Virus record (IMG/VR): IMGVR_UViG_3300030620_000004
Span: 22,187-86,186 of that record
DNA length: 64,000 nucleotides
Direction: 5' to 3' (one strand)
From: a virus
Lineage: Duplodnaviria; Caudoviricetes
Position 1 is the first letter of the stretch. Every line of letters begins with the position of its first letter. The translations under genes and the position numbers were made by a program. Below the pieces are notes generated by a model. The model made no database searches and had not been told where the DNA came from. It saw only the letters and a list, made by a program, of their open reading frames with translations. This document shows positions 1-7,950 of this stretch, in pieces.

Positions 1-1597
1 ACTTGCCCGCCTGCGCAATCGACTCGGCCACGTCGCGCTCATGGAAGCGCGAGAAGATCGACCCCTGCACCCCGTAGAAGCTGTTGGCCGCAATCTTGTA
101 GGCGCCCGCACGACGGTCGAACTCCTTCCACGCCTTGGTGCCCGGCGCCTCTTGGTCCTTGCGCCGAGTCCACACGCTCCGCAAATCGTTCAGCCGCTCG
201 AGTGCAATCGGCAAGATCCCTTTCTTGTCCGTGCGAAACACCTTGTCGGTGAACGGCACCACGCAGTGGTCCGAAGGAAGCGGTAACTCTTTCGGCGGAA
301 CATGGCTGAGGTACGACGGACGCTGCGAGACGTCCTCTTTCAGCACCACGTCGGTCAACGTCTCTGGACTCATGTTCCAGCTGATGATGGTGGACGGGTA
401 CAGACTCGCGAAGTCGCAGACGTGCACCCCTTTCAGGAGCCCCTTGCGAGTCGGCGTCATCACGTAGGCACCCTCGAACTTGTCGTCACCCACGAGCTCG
501 TACTTCGTCTGAAAGTGCTGGTCGTACTCCAGCCCGAGCTTCAGCATGTACCCCTCGACGAAGTTCGTCGGGTTCGTACCCCTGCTGTCAGGCAAGGTCG
601 AGCACGCCTCGCACACCGTGTAGTGCAGCTCGAGATAACCCGTCTCCGCTTCGATGTCACGCATCAACACGACGTCCTCGATGTTGTAGTCAATCAGCAA
701 GCCAGGGTCGTCGCACCACGCCTGGTACGTCCGGCGAGCATCGAACCCTTCGCGCTTGCCACGCTTCAACACCGCTTGCGCCACGCGGTCGAGCGCCATC
801 GACTCCTTTTCGTCACCACTCTCCGAAACGTTCATGTTGTAGCGCTTGTAAACCTGCAGGTGGTCAAGCCACAACCAACGCCTCGCTTCGACCTCAACCC
901 CCACTGCCTTGGTGCGCTTGATCAACACCGGGTAGTCGTACCGATCCAAGTTCCACGCGCACACCTGATCGTACGCGAGCAGCTCATCCCACAAATCCCC
1001 GATCAAGAGCGCCTCAGCGGCGTCCGTCTCGGCTTCGAGTAGCCCGTACACCTTGCGGCCTCGCTCGTCGCACAACGCCCACGAGAGTACTCGAGCGCAC
1101 CCATCGGCCTGAGCAACGAACGTCTCGCGGCTATCCACCTCCAAGTCCAGGTAGCACCGCAGCGGTCGCTGAATCTCCACATCGGTGTCCGTCAGAAACC
1201 GCCGCACCGGATGCACGTCGGCCTCGAACACCGTCAACCCCGCCTGAGCGAATGGTCCCTCGGGCATGCACGCTTCCTTGAGCACGCTCGCATCCCGCCA
1301 GCGCACCCGCCACCAGCTCCCTTCACGCCTCATCGACTGCACGTGCCTGAGCTCGCGCAGCTTCCGTTCGTTCAGCTCATCAAGGTCAGCCTGGCGAATG
1401 AAGCACGTGTACTCGGCAGGCACGAAGCGACGGGTGACCTGGTCACCCTCGCGTTGCACGAGACACACTCGGTTCCCCGTCCAAAAGGCATTGACGATGG
1501 CGTATCGCTCGAAAGCAGCACCGGTTGGACTATCGGCAGTTGGGGCTTGCGAGGAAGTGACACCCAACCGGTGCTGCTTTCGAGCGGTATCCTGCAC
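1..1597 (-). CDS. Family B DNA polymerase, 3' end truncated by the window edge; start uncertain (GTG at 1597 is the first candidate)
   Basis: Missing from the ORF track because it runs off the edge. Manual minus-strand translation gives ExoI-like CYLDLEVD, ExoIII-like DYNIEDV, motif A VCDFASLYPSTI and motif B YKIAANSFYG. Confidence 0.93.
   Translation of the reverse strand, partial: MQDTARKQHRLGVTSSQAPTADSPTGAAFERYAIVNAFWTGNRVCLVQREGDQVTRRFVPAEYTCFIRQADLDELNERKLRELRHVQSMRREGSWWRVRWRDASVLKEACMPEGPFAQAGLTVFEADVHPVRRFLTDTDVEIQRPLRCYLDLEVDSRETFVAQADGCARVLSWALCDERGRKVYGLLEAETDAAEALLIGDLWDELLAYDQVCAWNLDRYDYPVLIKRTKAVGVEVEARRWLWLDHLQVYKRYNMNVSESGDEKESMALDRVAQAVLKRGKREGFDARRTYQAWCDDPGLLIDYNIEDVVLMRDIEAETGYLELHYTVCEACSTLPDSRGTNPTNFVEGYMLKLGLEYDQHFQTKYELVGDDKFEGAYVMTPTRKGLLKGVHVCDFASLYPSTIISWNMSPETLTDVVLKEDVSQRPSYLSHVPPKELPLPSDHCVVPFTDKVFRTDKKGILPIALERLNDLRSVWTRRKDQEAPGTKAWKEFDRRAGAYKIAANSFYGVQGSIFSRFHERDVAESIAQAGK
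1506..1586. repeat. Perfect 23-bp inverted repeat with a 35-bp spacer, plus an adjacent 11-bp hairpin (1584-1613)
   Basis: CGCTCGAAAGCAGCACCGGTTGG (1506-1528) and its exact reverse complement (1564-1586). GCGGTATCCTG / CAGGATACCGC at 1584-1594 and 1603-1613. Confidence 0.95.
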
Positions 1598-1621
1598 TCT
1601 ACCAGGATACCGCCCGTGCGA

Positions 1622-2812
1622 CTACTCGTCGCGTCGCGTTTCGACCGCGATGGCCAGCCCTTTCTCGGTCTCGACGAGCGCGTACAGCACGACCATGCCG
1701 TTCGCACATTGCTCGACGCCGCACGCGTCCTTGACGTGTCGAGCCCGCTCCGTCGTGCCTCGCTTGAAGAGCTCCACGACAACCCGCGGTTCGGACCGCA
1801 CGATCGTGACCTTCGTGCTCTTCGCGGCCACCCCATCCTCGCGCACACCCTTGCCACCGCGCCCCTTGCCCGAATCGCCCTTGAAGCCGTCGCGTCCAGT
1901 GTCACGTACCTGGCCAGCCGCAAGCTTACCGACCTCGACCGCAAGCTTGCTTCGCGGCGTCTCCTTCGCGGCCTCGAGTAGCTTCGCACGTTGCTCCGGA
2001 GCAACCCGCACAATCATGCCGAGCTTGGTCACGCCTATCTCGGTGACTTGCTCGCGCGTGAAGTTCGCCGCGACGTCCATGATTCGGTAGCCGTGCTTCG
2101 GGTCGACACCGAGCTCCTTCTTGCAAAACTTCGTCCACGAGTCGTAGAGCGCCTTGCCGTCGGCTGTCATCTGAGTCCACAGCTTGCCCTCATAGATCGC
2201 GAACAAAGCGCGCCCCAGATCCCAGGTACACACGATCGCCTGATGCTGCAGCTCGCGCACCCTGGCCATGCCCTTGGTCAGATCGCCCGAACTGACAATC
2301 GCTACGGGGGCCTTGGGGGCCTTGGGGGCCTTGGGGGCCTTGGGGGCCTTGGGGGCCTTGGGGGCCTTGGGGGCCTTGGGGGCGTCCTGGGGGGCCTTTT
2401 CCCCCTTCCCCTTGCCCTTGCCCTTGGGGGGCCTTGGGAGCCCCTTGGGGGCGTCCTTGAGCGGCCTGGGCAATCCCTTGGGGGCGTCCTTGCCCTTGGC
2501 CTTCGTTGAGCTTTTCTTGGTCTTTTTTGCCATGTCGGTCACCTCTGTTGATGCGACGGCTGTCGCTGGTTCTGCTGTCGCTGGTTCGTCTGCTGTCGCT
2601 GGGCCGTCGCCGCAGTACGGGCACTCCGGCAGGCTGTCATCGCTGTCACCTCCACACTGGTCGCAGTGGGCCTCGACCGCGATACCGCGCATCTGGCCCA
2701 CGATTGCGTCGACCGCTGCGTTGATGTCGCTCGGGTCGACTTCGAGCCCGAAGTGCTTGACGTACCTCGCCAACACTTCGGGGTTCACTTTTTTGAGATT
2801 CGGTTTGTCCAT
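1622..2812 (-). CDS. DUF3102-like putative DNA-binding protein with an N-terminal Cys cluster and a Lys/Ala/Pro low-complexity linker
   Basis: Start MDKPNLKK at 2812 follows AGGAAGTGAC. CDQCGG..CPYCG zinc-finger-like motif, (KAP)8 tract, and WDLGRAL..LW..SWTKFCKKELGVDPKHGYRIMDVA resembling DUF3102. Confidence 0.6.
   Translation of the reverse strand: MDKPNLKKVNPEVLARYVKHFGLEVDPSDINAAVDAIVGQMRGIAVEAHCDQCGGDSDDSLPECPYCGDGPATADEPATAEPATAVASTEVTDMAKKTKKSSTKAKGKDAPKGLPRPLKDAPKGLPRPPKGKGKGKGEKAPQDAPKAPKAPKAPKAPKAPKAPKAPKAPVAIVSSGDLTKGMARVRELQHQAIVCTWDLGRALFAIYEGKLWTQMTADGKALYDSWTKFCKKELGVDPKHGYRIMDVAANFTREQVTEIGVTKLGMIVRVAPEQRAKLLEAAKETPRSKLAVEVGKLAAGQVRDTGRDGFKGDSGKGRGGKGVREDGVAAKSTKVTIVRSEPRVVVELFKRGTTERARHVKDACGVEQCANGMVVLYALVETEKGLAIAVETRRDE
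2306..2377. repeat. Tandem 9-bp repeat (GGGGGCCTT)x8 encoding (KAP)8
   Basis: Read directly from the sequence. Confidence 0.95.
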
Positions 2813-2837
2813 GTCACTTCCTTTCGCGTGTTCACCC

Positions 2838-3470
2838 TCATGCGCACAACTGGCGCATCGAGTCTTCGATCTGCCGCATCGCAGCGTGCGGACTGCCCCA
2901 CCGCTCGTGCAAGCGCAGCAGCACCTCATCGAACAGCAGCTCAGCCGCCTGCGGGATATTGCCGAACGCCTCGCGCAGCGCGACCAGCGCATACAGGTCG
3001 ACCCCATCGGCCACCGTGAGCGCACGAGCGAACTTCGCCCGCGCGTCCAGCAGCTCCGACGGGTCCTGTGTACTGGAGTCCTCGAGCAGCAAGTCGAGCG
3101 CCTTGCCCGGCTCATCGTCGATCCGCAACAGCTCGGTGAACGTCACCGGGTGCCGACTCGGAGCATGGTCGTCACGGCGCTTCGCACAGCGCTGCTCGTG
3201 GACGAACCGCGTCGCCTTGGCGCACGCCATGTAGACGACGTAGGACTTGAGCGACATCCCACCCCTCGACGTGTCGTATTCACCCACTGCGAGCCAAGCG
3301 TGCAAGAGCATCTCCTGCCTGATGTCGTCGAGCGAAACCCCCACGGGTAAGTTTCGCCGCCAGGCGCTGTAGACCTTACCCGCGAGCCGAGTCCAATCGG
3401 TCGCAGTCCGCCGTGCGAACTCGTCGAAGCTGACCTCGCCACGAGCGAGCGCGTCCAAGTGCTGCTTCAC
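2838..3470 (-). CDS. Sigma-70-like RNA polymerase sigma factor (region 2)
   Basis: LDDIRQEMLLHAWLAVGEYDTSRGGMSLKSYV matches the sigma region 2 pattern. GTG start overlaps the upstream TGA. Confidence 0.7.
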   Translation of the reverse strand: MKQHLDALARGEVSFDEFARRTATDWTRLAGKVYSAWRRNLPVGVSLDDIRQEMLLHAWLAVGEYDTSRGGMSLKSYVVYMACAKATRFVHEQRCAKRRDDHAPSRHPVTFTELLRIDDEPGKALDLLLEDSSTQDPSELLDARAKFARALTVADGVDLYALVALREAFGNIPQAAELLFDEVLLRLHERWGSPHAAMRQIEDSMRQLCA

Positions 3471-4264
3471 GATGCCGCCTGTTCTGCCGCTGGCATCACA
3501 GCGTCCTCGCGAGGCTCGCGTGCCTGAAGTCCAGTCGCTTCCGCCAACGTCGCTGGCCGGAAGTAGAGCGTGCCGTACCAGCCGCTTCGCACATCGAAGT
3601 GGCCCATGTCCTCGGCATCCTCTCCTCGCAGAAAGGTCGCGAGCTCGAAGCCCACGAGCACGACCGCAATCCGCTGGTTGCGAGTCTTCAACCACTGGAG
3701 ATGCCCGACCGGCTTGCCCGGATGTCGTTCTGAGCGGGAGGCCTCGAAGTCTGCACACAACTCGGAACGTTCACCCACGAGGCCGTCCTTCGCTCCGAGC
3801 CGTTGCGCTTCAGAGCGATGCTGCTTGTATTCGGCTCGCAGCTGCTGCAAGCGGCCGAACGTCATCCCAGGCTCGCGACGCCCGCGCCACTGGCGATCTT
3901 GATAGCGCTTGGTGACCTCCACTTCGGCTTCGGACGCCCAGAACACCTTGGACCCGTCCGTGAATGCAAGCTTGCAGGCAGGCCCCTTGCGCGTCGAGCC
4001 CGACCAAAGCAGCAGATACTCGGTCCCCTTGTAGCGAGCCTTGCCTGCGACCTCAGTCGCGTCGCCCAGGCGTTCAGCATCGGGCTTGTCGGCGGCTTCA
4101 CCCGACGCCGCTGCAAAGCGCAGTGCGACCTCAGCCTTGCCCGTCCACCACGCTCGTTTGTCCTGGTCCCAGTTACACCCAGCGGACCGGAGCTGATCCT
4201 TGAGTCCGTAGGGCGTGTTGAGCAGGTAGTACCGCCTGCCTTCCTGTTTCATCTCGATTGCCAT
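3467..4264 (-). CDS. Hypothetical protein with a DUF5710-like N-terminus
   Basis: TPYGLKDQLRSAGCNWDQDKRAWW; good RBS upstream. Confidence 0.6.
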   Translation of the reverse strand: MAIEMKQEGRRYYLLNTPYGLKDQLRSAGCNWDQDKRAWWTGKAEVALRFAAASGEAADKPDAERLGDATEVAGKARYKGTEYLLLWSGSTRKGPACKLAFTDGSKVFWASEAEVEVTKRYQDRQWRGRREPGMTFGRLQQLRAEYKQHRSEAQRLGAKDGLVGERSELCADFEASRSERHPGKPVGHLQWLKTRNQRIAVVLVGFELATFLRGEDAEDMGHFDVRSGWYGTLYFRPATLAEATGLQAREPREDAVMPAAEQAAS

Positions 4265-4300
4265 GTGTCACTTCCTTGGTGCGTGCTTGAATGCACGGTC

Positions 4301-4340
4301 CGACGGGCGAATGGAATCCCGGGATTCCATTCGCCCGTCG
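4301..4340. repeat. Dispersed palindrome copy 1 (core 4311-4330; perfect 40-bp palindrome overall)
   Basis: CGACGGGCGA-ATGGAATCCCGGGATTCCAT-TCGCCCGTCG. Confidence 0.95.
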
Positions 4341-4350
4341 ACCCCTACAC

Positions 4351-5901
4351 TCACGCCATTGCGAGGTACGGAAGCGGAGCAGGCGCCTTGCCGTGGTGGC
4401 TGCTCAGCAGAGCACCCGCCCCGGCCCTGATGTCGTCGGCCCGGAAGGGGTCGGTCTCGACCTCGTGCGCGTAGCGCGTGAAGGCGTTGACCACGCTGGC
4501 CCGGCTGACGCCGTATTCCTCCGCAGCCTCATCGGCACGGTGCATCTCCAAGAGCTTCGGCACAGCGTCCTCGCGCCGGCCTCGCACGGGCACCAAGTCC
4601 CGCTCCAGAATGCCATTGAAGATGCCAGGCAACACGGCCTCGACAGGCAGTGAAGCCAAGTCGTCGCGCGTCGTGCCCTGCACAGCCTTGATCAGCTCAC
4701 GCCCCTGCTCATTGCGAGCGTACGTCCACGCCCGTCGGAAGGCGTCGACTGAGGTTAACGCCTGATTGAAGGCGTCCCTGAACGACGCCGCAAGCGCCTG
4801 CACCGAGCCTTGGTGCCTCAGGCGCACGTCCACGCCAATGGCCTTGCTCAAGATGATGAGATTCAGGCACAGGTTGCGCCAGATCGTCGACTGCACACGA
4901 ATCGCGTGTCCGCCGACGTCGCCCGAGGTCACGATCACGCCGGCCTTGAACACTTCGCCTGCGACGTAGTCCGCAGCCGGCACATCAGAGTGCCACATCC
5001 CTTCCAGGCGGAAGCGTTCGCCATCGTAGTCAAGCGAACCGCGAGCGTCGCTCGGGAAGGCCATCTGCAGCGCTTCGCCGATCTTGTCCGCGTCGAACGA
5101 CGTGTACTTGGGCGAGACCGCACCATAGGCGACCCGCGTGGCGCCAACCTTGCGCGTGCGCACGACCACTTCCTTGACGTGGTCTCCGGCGCCACGCTCA
5201 GATTCACCCAGCGCCACGGCCCAGTGATTGAAGTTGATGCTGCGCAGCTGCGTCGGACAATCGTTGAGGTACGCCGTACCACTCGCGCACGGCATGCGCT
5301 GCATGAGGCCAGCGAAAATGCGCTCATTGATCGGCATGCGCGCACCCTGCAACACCTGATGACTGTCGGGCAATGCGAGCTTGCCGCTCGACGTCATCCG
5401 CAAGTCTGCGAGCCGCACGACCGGCAAATCCTGCCGGTCCTCGGCTCGCACGTGCGCAACCAAGCTAGACGCCAACTCCTGTGCGAACGGCTTCGCGTCG
5501 TGCTCAACCTGGCTCGCATGAGCGTTCTCGACGCCGATTGAGTTCACCCGAGTGCCGAGCCGATACACCGGCTCGGCAAGAACGAACCCGTTCTCGCTCG
5601 CGATCTGCGCGTCGCGTTCTCCTCGCTCGCGTCCCGAGGCACTGACGCCGTCGCCGTCGAGATCGTCCACTGGTGGCTTCACCAAAGCAACACTAGGTGC
5701 GTGCGGCTTCACCTTGCCGATCGGGATGGCGTCTCGGACTAGTTCACTGATTCGCGTCACCTTGGGGACTCCGCCGTACTTCGCGTGCAACTCGTCGCAC
5801 GCTTCCTGGTACGTAGCCGCGTTCACCCGGCGCGTTTCTCCTTCGAGCGAGACGATGTGGGTTGCTGGTTCGGACTGGGGAATTGGGGTCGATTGAGTCA
5901 T
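4351..5901 (-). CDS. DUF932-like phage protein
   Basis: Start MTQSTP at 5901 follows AGGAAGTGAA. VSPKYTSFD..GVIVTSGDVGG..VQSTIWRNLCLN..RHQG resembles DUF932/DUF945. Confidence 0.6.
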   Translation of the reverse strand: MTQSTPIPQSEPATHIVSLEGETRRVNAATYQEACDELHAKYGGVPKVTRISELVRDAIPIGKVKPHAPSVALVKPPVDDLDGDGVSASGRERGERDAQIASENGFVLAEPVYRLGTRVNSIGVENAHASQVEHDAKPFAQELASSLVAHVRAEDRQDLPVVRLADLRMTSSGKLALPDSHQVLQGARMPINERIFAGLMQRMPCASGTAYLNDCPTQLRSINFNHWAVALGESERGAGDHVKEVVVRTRKVGATRVAYGAVSPKYTSFDADKIGEALQMAFPSDARGSLDYDGERFRLEGMWHSDVPAADYVAGEVFKAGVIVTSGDVGGHAIRVQSTIWRNLCLNLIILSKAIGVDVRLRHQGSVQALAASFRDAFNQALTSVDAFRRAWTYARNEQGRELIKAVQGTTRDDLASLPVEAVLPGIFNGILERDLVPVRGRREDAVPKLLEMHRADEAAEEYGVSRASVVNAFTRYAHEVETDPFRADDIRAGAGALLSSHHGKAPAPLPYLAMA

Positions 5902-6029
5902 TTCACTTCCTTTGGTTTGGCGCGGAGCCCCGTGCCAAACCCATGGTCGCTCAATTGCGCGCATGATGCCAGCAATTAGTGCTCTACCCCCCGACCCATG
6001 AGTCAATTGGGACCCCTTGGGGGGCCCTG

Positions 6030-6176
6030 GGGCCCTGGCCTTGCCCTTGGGGCCCTGGGCTTGCCCTTGGGCCCCTGGCCTTGCCCTTGGGGCCCTGGGC
6101 TTGCCCTTGGGCCCCTGGCCTTGCCCTTGGGGCCCTGGGCTTGCCCTTGGGCCCCTGGCCTTGCCCTTGGGGCCCT
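6030..6176. repeat. Intergenic array of seven 20-bp direct repeats (alternating GGGCCCTGGGCTTGCCCTTG / GGCCCCTGGCCTTGCCCTTG)
   Basis: Read directly; period 20 with a 40-bp higher-order alternation. Confidence 0.95.
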
Positions 6177-6412
6177 CAGCCTTGCTGGCGCTTCGGACCA
6201 CGACGGCCGCGACGGCCTGCCCGAGGGTCGTCGAGCCCTGCATCGACGAGCCGTTTGAGCCAGCGGAAGACCGTCGACTTGTTGACACCGAGCTCAACCG
6301 ACACCCCCCCGACATCGCCCAAGTGGCGCGAGAACAGCACGCGCAGTCGCGAATGCGCTTCTCGCGGTTTGCGCAAGACGAGTTCACTCAACTGTACAAA
6401 GCGGAACGACAT
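6176..6412 (-). CDS. Small helix-turn-helix DNA-binding protein
   Basis: GDVGGVSVELGVNKSTVFRWLKRL. Confidence 0.75.
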   Translation of the reverse strand: MSFRFVQLSELVLRKPREAHSRLRVLFSRHLGDVGGVSVELGVNKSTVFRWLKRLVDAGLDDPRAGRRGRRGPKRQQG

Positions 6413-6431
6413 TCCAAATGGATGATACCGC

Positions 6432-6578
6432 TCAACCCCAGCTCTTGATCAGAGCCGCGACTGCCAACGGGTCTTCGAGACTCTCGCCGTGGCGACTCGC
6501 AGCCAACGCCTGCGCGATCTCTTGGGTGCTCATGTCCTTGCAAGCCTCGGCCAGTTTGGCCTTTACGTCGTCGTTCAT
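6432..6578 (-). CDS. Hypothetical 48-aa protein (MNDDVKAKL...)
   Basis: Below the track size cut-off. ATGA-coupled to the upstream gene. Confidence 0.5.
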   Translation of the reverse strand: MNDDVKAKLAEACKDMSTQEIAQALAASRHGESLEDPLAVAALIKSWG

Positions 6579-6820
6579 TGCAGCAGTTCCTTTGCTCGTC
6601 GAAGCCACTCGGGGTCTTGGACAGCTCGAGCGGCACTCAGTTCACCTTCCAAGCTAGCCTGTTTGATGAAGCGATACAACTGACGCCGCGAGATCGCGAA
6701 GATCGTCGCAGCCCGATTCACGTTCCCATCGCTAGCGCGCAAGACGGACCTGAGTTCTGCGACGGCGCCCTGTCGATCCTGCTTCCACCTCGTGCCGATC
6801 CCGGTCTTGATGTACGACAC
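6575..6820 (-). CDS. Fis-family (HTH_8-like) DNA-binding protein
   Basis: SDGNVNRAATIFAISRRQLYRFIK. Confidence 0.8.
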   Translation of the reverse strand: MSYIKTGIGTRWKQDRQGAVAELRSVLRASDGNVNRAATIFAISRRQLYRFIKQASLEGELSAARAVQDPEWLRRAKELLQ

Positions 6821-7772
6821 GCAACCCCGAGTCTACCGCTAGCCTGAGCTCGGCGGTAGGCATGCTCGCACAGTCCTGCCCCTTTGGGATTTCGACCCGC
6901 ACGACCTGTACCCAGCGCCTGAGCTGCTCGTCGAGCGCCTGAGCTACGGCATTGCCCGCCTTGTCGGGGTCCGTGCACATGAGCACGTGCTCGAAAGTGG
7001 AGAGCCTGGCGATGTGGCCCTGATGCAGCTGCGAGCCGTAGATACCCCCGATCGGCAAGCTGTACGGAAAGGCGCGCTCGATCGCCAACGCGTCGAGCGC
7101 GCCTTCGGTGACCGCCACGACCTTGCGCCGCTTCGGCCAATGCTCCGCGCCAAACACCGAGCCGAGGTCAGCACCCTCGGCTTTCTGCGGTTCCTTGTAC
7201 CGCAGCTCGCTCCCCGTGTAGCTGCGACCCGTGTACCCGATGAGCTTGCCGCCAACGTCACGCACCGGAAAGACGATGCGCCCCGACAACCTGTTCCTCA
7301 CCCCGTCGTAGCCCACAGGCGCGTACACCACTTGCCAGCGTTGCACTTGCCAGTCCAAAAGGCCGCGCTTCACCGCGTACTCGCGGGGCTCGGGCTCCCA
7401 CTGATGCAACGGCTCCCACGCGTTGACGCCGAGCGGAAGGCGGAACACTGGCGACAACCCTCGCTGGTAGTCAATCGCGACCGACAACGGCAACGGCGGG
7501 TCCTGCTCGATGTCCTTGAGCCACTCGACGGCTTCGACTCGCGTACAGCCGAGCGCGGCTTCCACGAGATGCACAGGCCAGCCGCCGAACCCACACCCGT
7601 AGCACCGGTGCTGCCCAAACTTCGGATTCTCTTCCTCAACGATGATTCGCCAGCTCGGCGTACTGTCGGAATGGTCTGGGTGCGGACAGCTCGCCCACAG
7701 AGCAGTGCCTCGCCTGTCGTAGCGAATGCCCAGACGGTCGAGCAACTGCTCAGGGTCGACGCTCTTGAACAT
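6732..7772 (-). CDS. DnaG-like DNA primase (zinc finger + TOPRIM)
   Basis: SCPHPDHSDSTPSW..CYGCG zinc finger; FPVRDVGGKLIGYTGR; TEGALD and CTDPDKAG TOPRIM motifs. Confidence 0.9.
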   Translation of the reverse strand: MFKSVDPEQLLDRLGIRYDRRGTALWASCPHPDHSDSTPSWRIIVEEENPKFGQHRCYGCGFGGWPVHLVEAALGCTRVEAVEWLKDIEQDPPLPLSVAIDYQRGLSPVFRLPLGVNAWEPLHQWEPEPREYAVKRGLLDWQVQRWQVVYAPVGYDGVRNRLSGRIVFPVRDVGGKLIGYTGRSYTGSELRYKEPQKAEGADLGSVFGAEHWPKRRKVVAVTEGALDALAIERAFPYSLPIGGIYGSQLHQGHIARLSTFEHVLMCTDPDKAGNAVAQALDEQLRRWVQVVRVEIPKGQDCASMPTAELRLAVDSGLRVVHQDRDRHEVEAGSTGRRRRTQVRLAR

Positions 7773-7950
7773 CGAGCAGCTCCAACAAGTAACCCCTCGC
7801 CAGTGGCGACGCCAACGCGCAGCCATGCTCGCGCGCAAAGTCATCGACCCGGCTCTGAATTGCCCAACCCCGGTCAGAAAGACCTTCCAACCTGGACGCC
7901 TCCGCGTCTGTTAACCCATAGCGGTTCATCAACCAACGCCACGGCTTCAT
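7750..7950 (-). CDS. Hypothetical protein
   Basis: Sits between helicase and primase, coupled to the helicase stop. Confidence 0.5.
   Translation of the reverse strand: MKPWRWLMNRYGLTDAEASRLEGLSDRGWAIQSRVDDFAREHGCALASPLARGYLLELLDVQERRP

Noticed and set aside
4301-4340. 40-bp palindrome as a protelomerase (telRL) site
   Set aside because: It is one of 11 related internal copies and no protelomerase is visible.
5901-6387. 162-aa N-terminal extension of track ORF 4351-6387
   Set aside because: It runs through the 20-bp array and the HTH gene; a strong RBS precedes the ATG at 5901.
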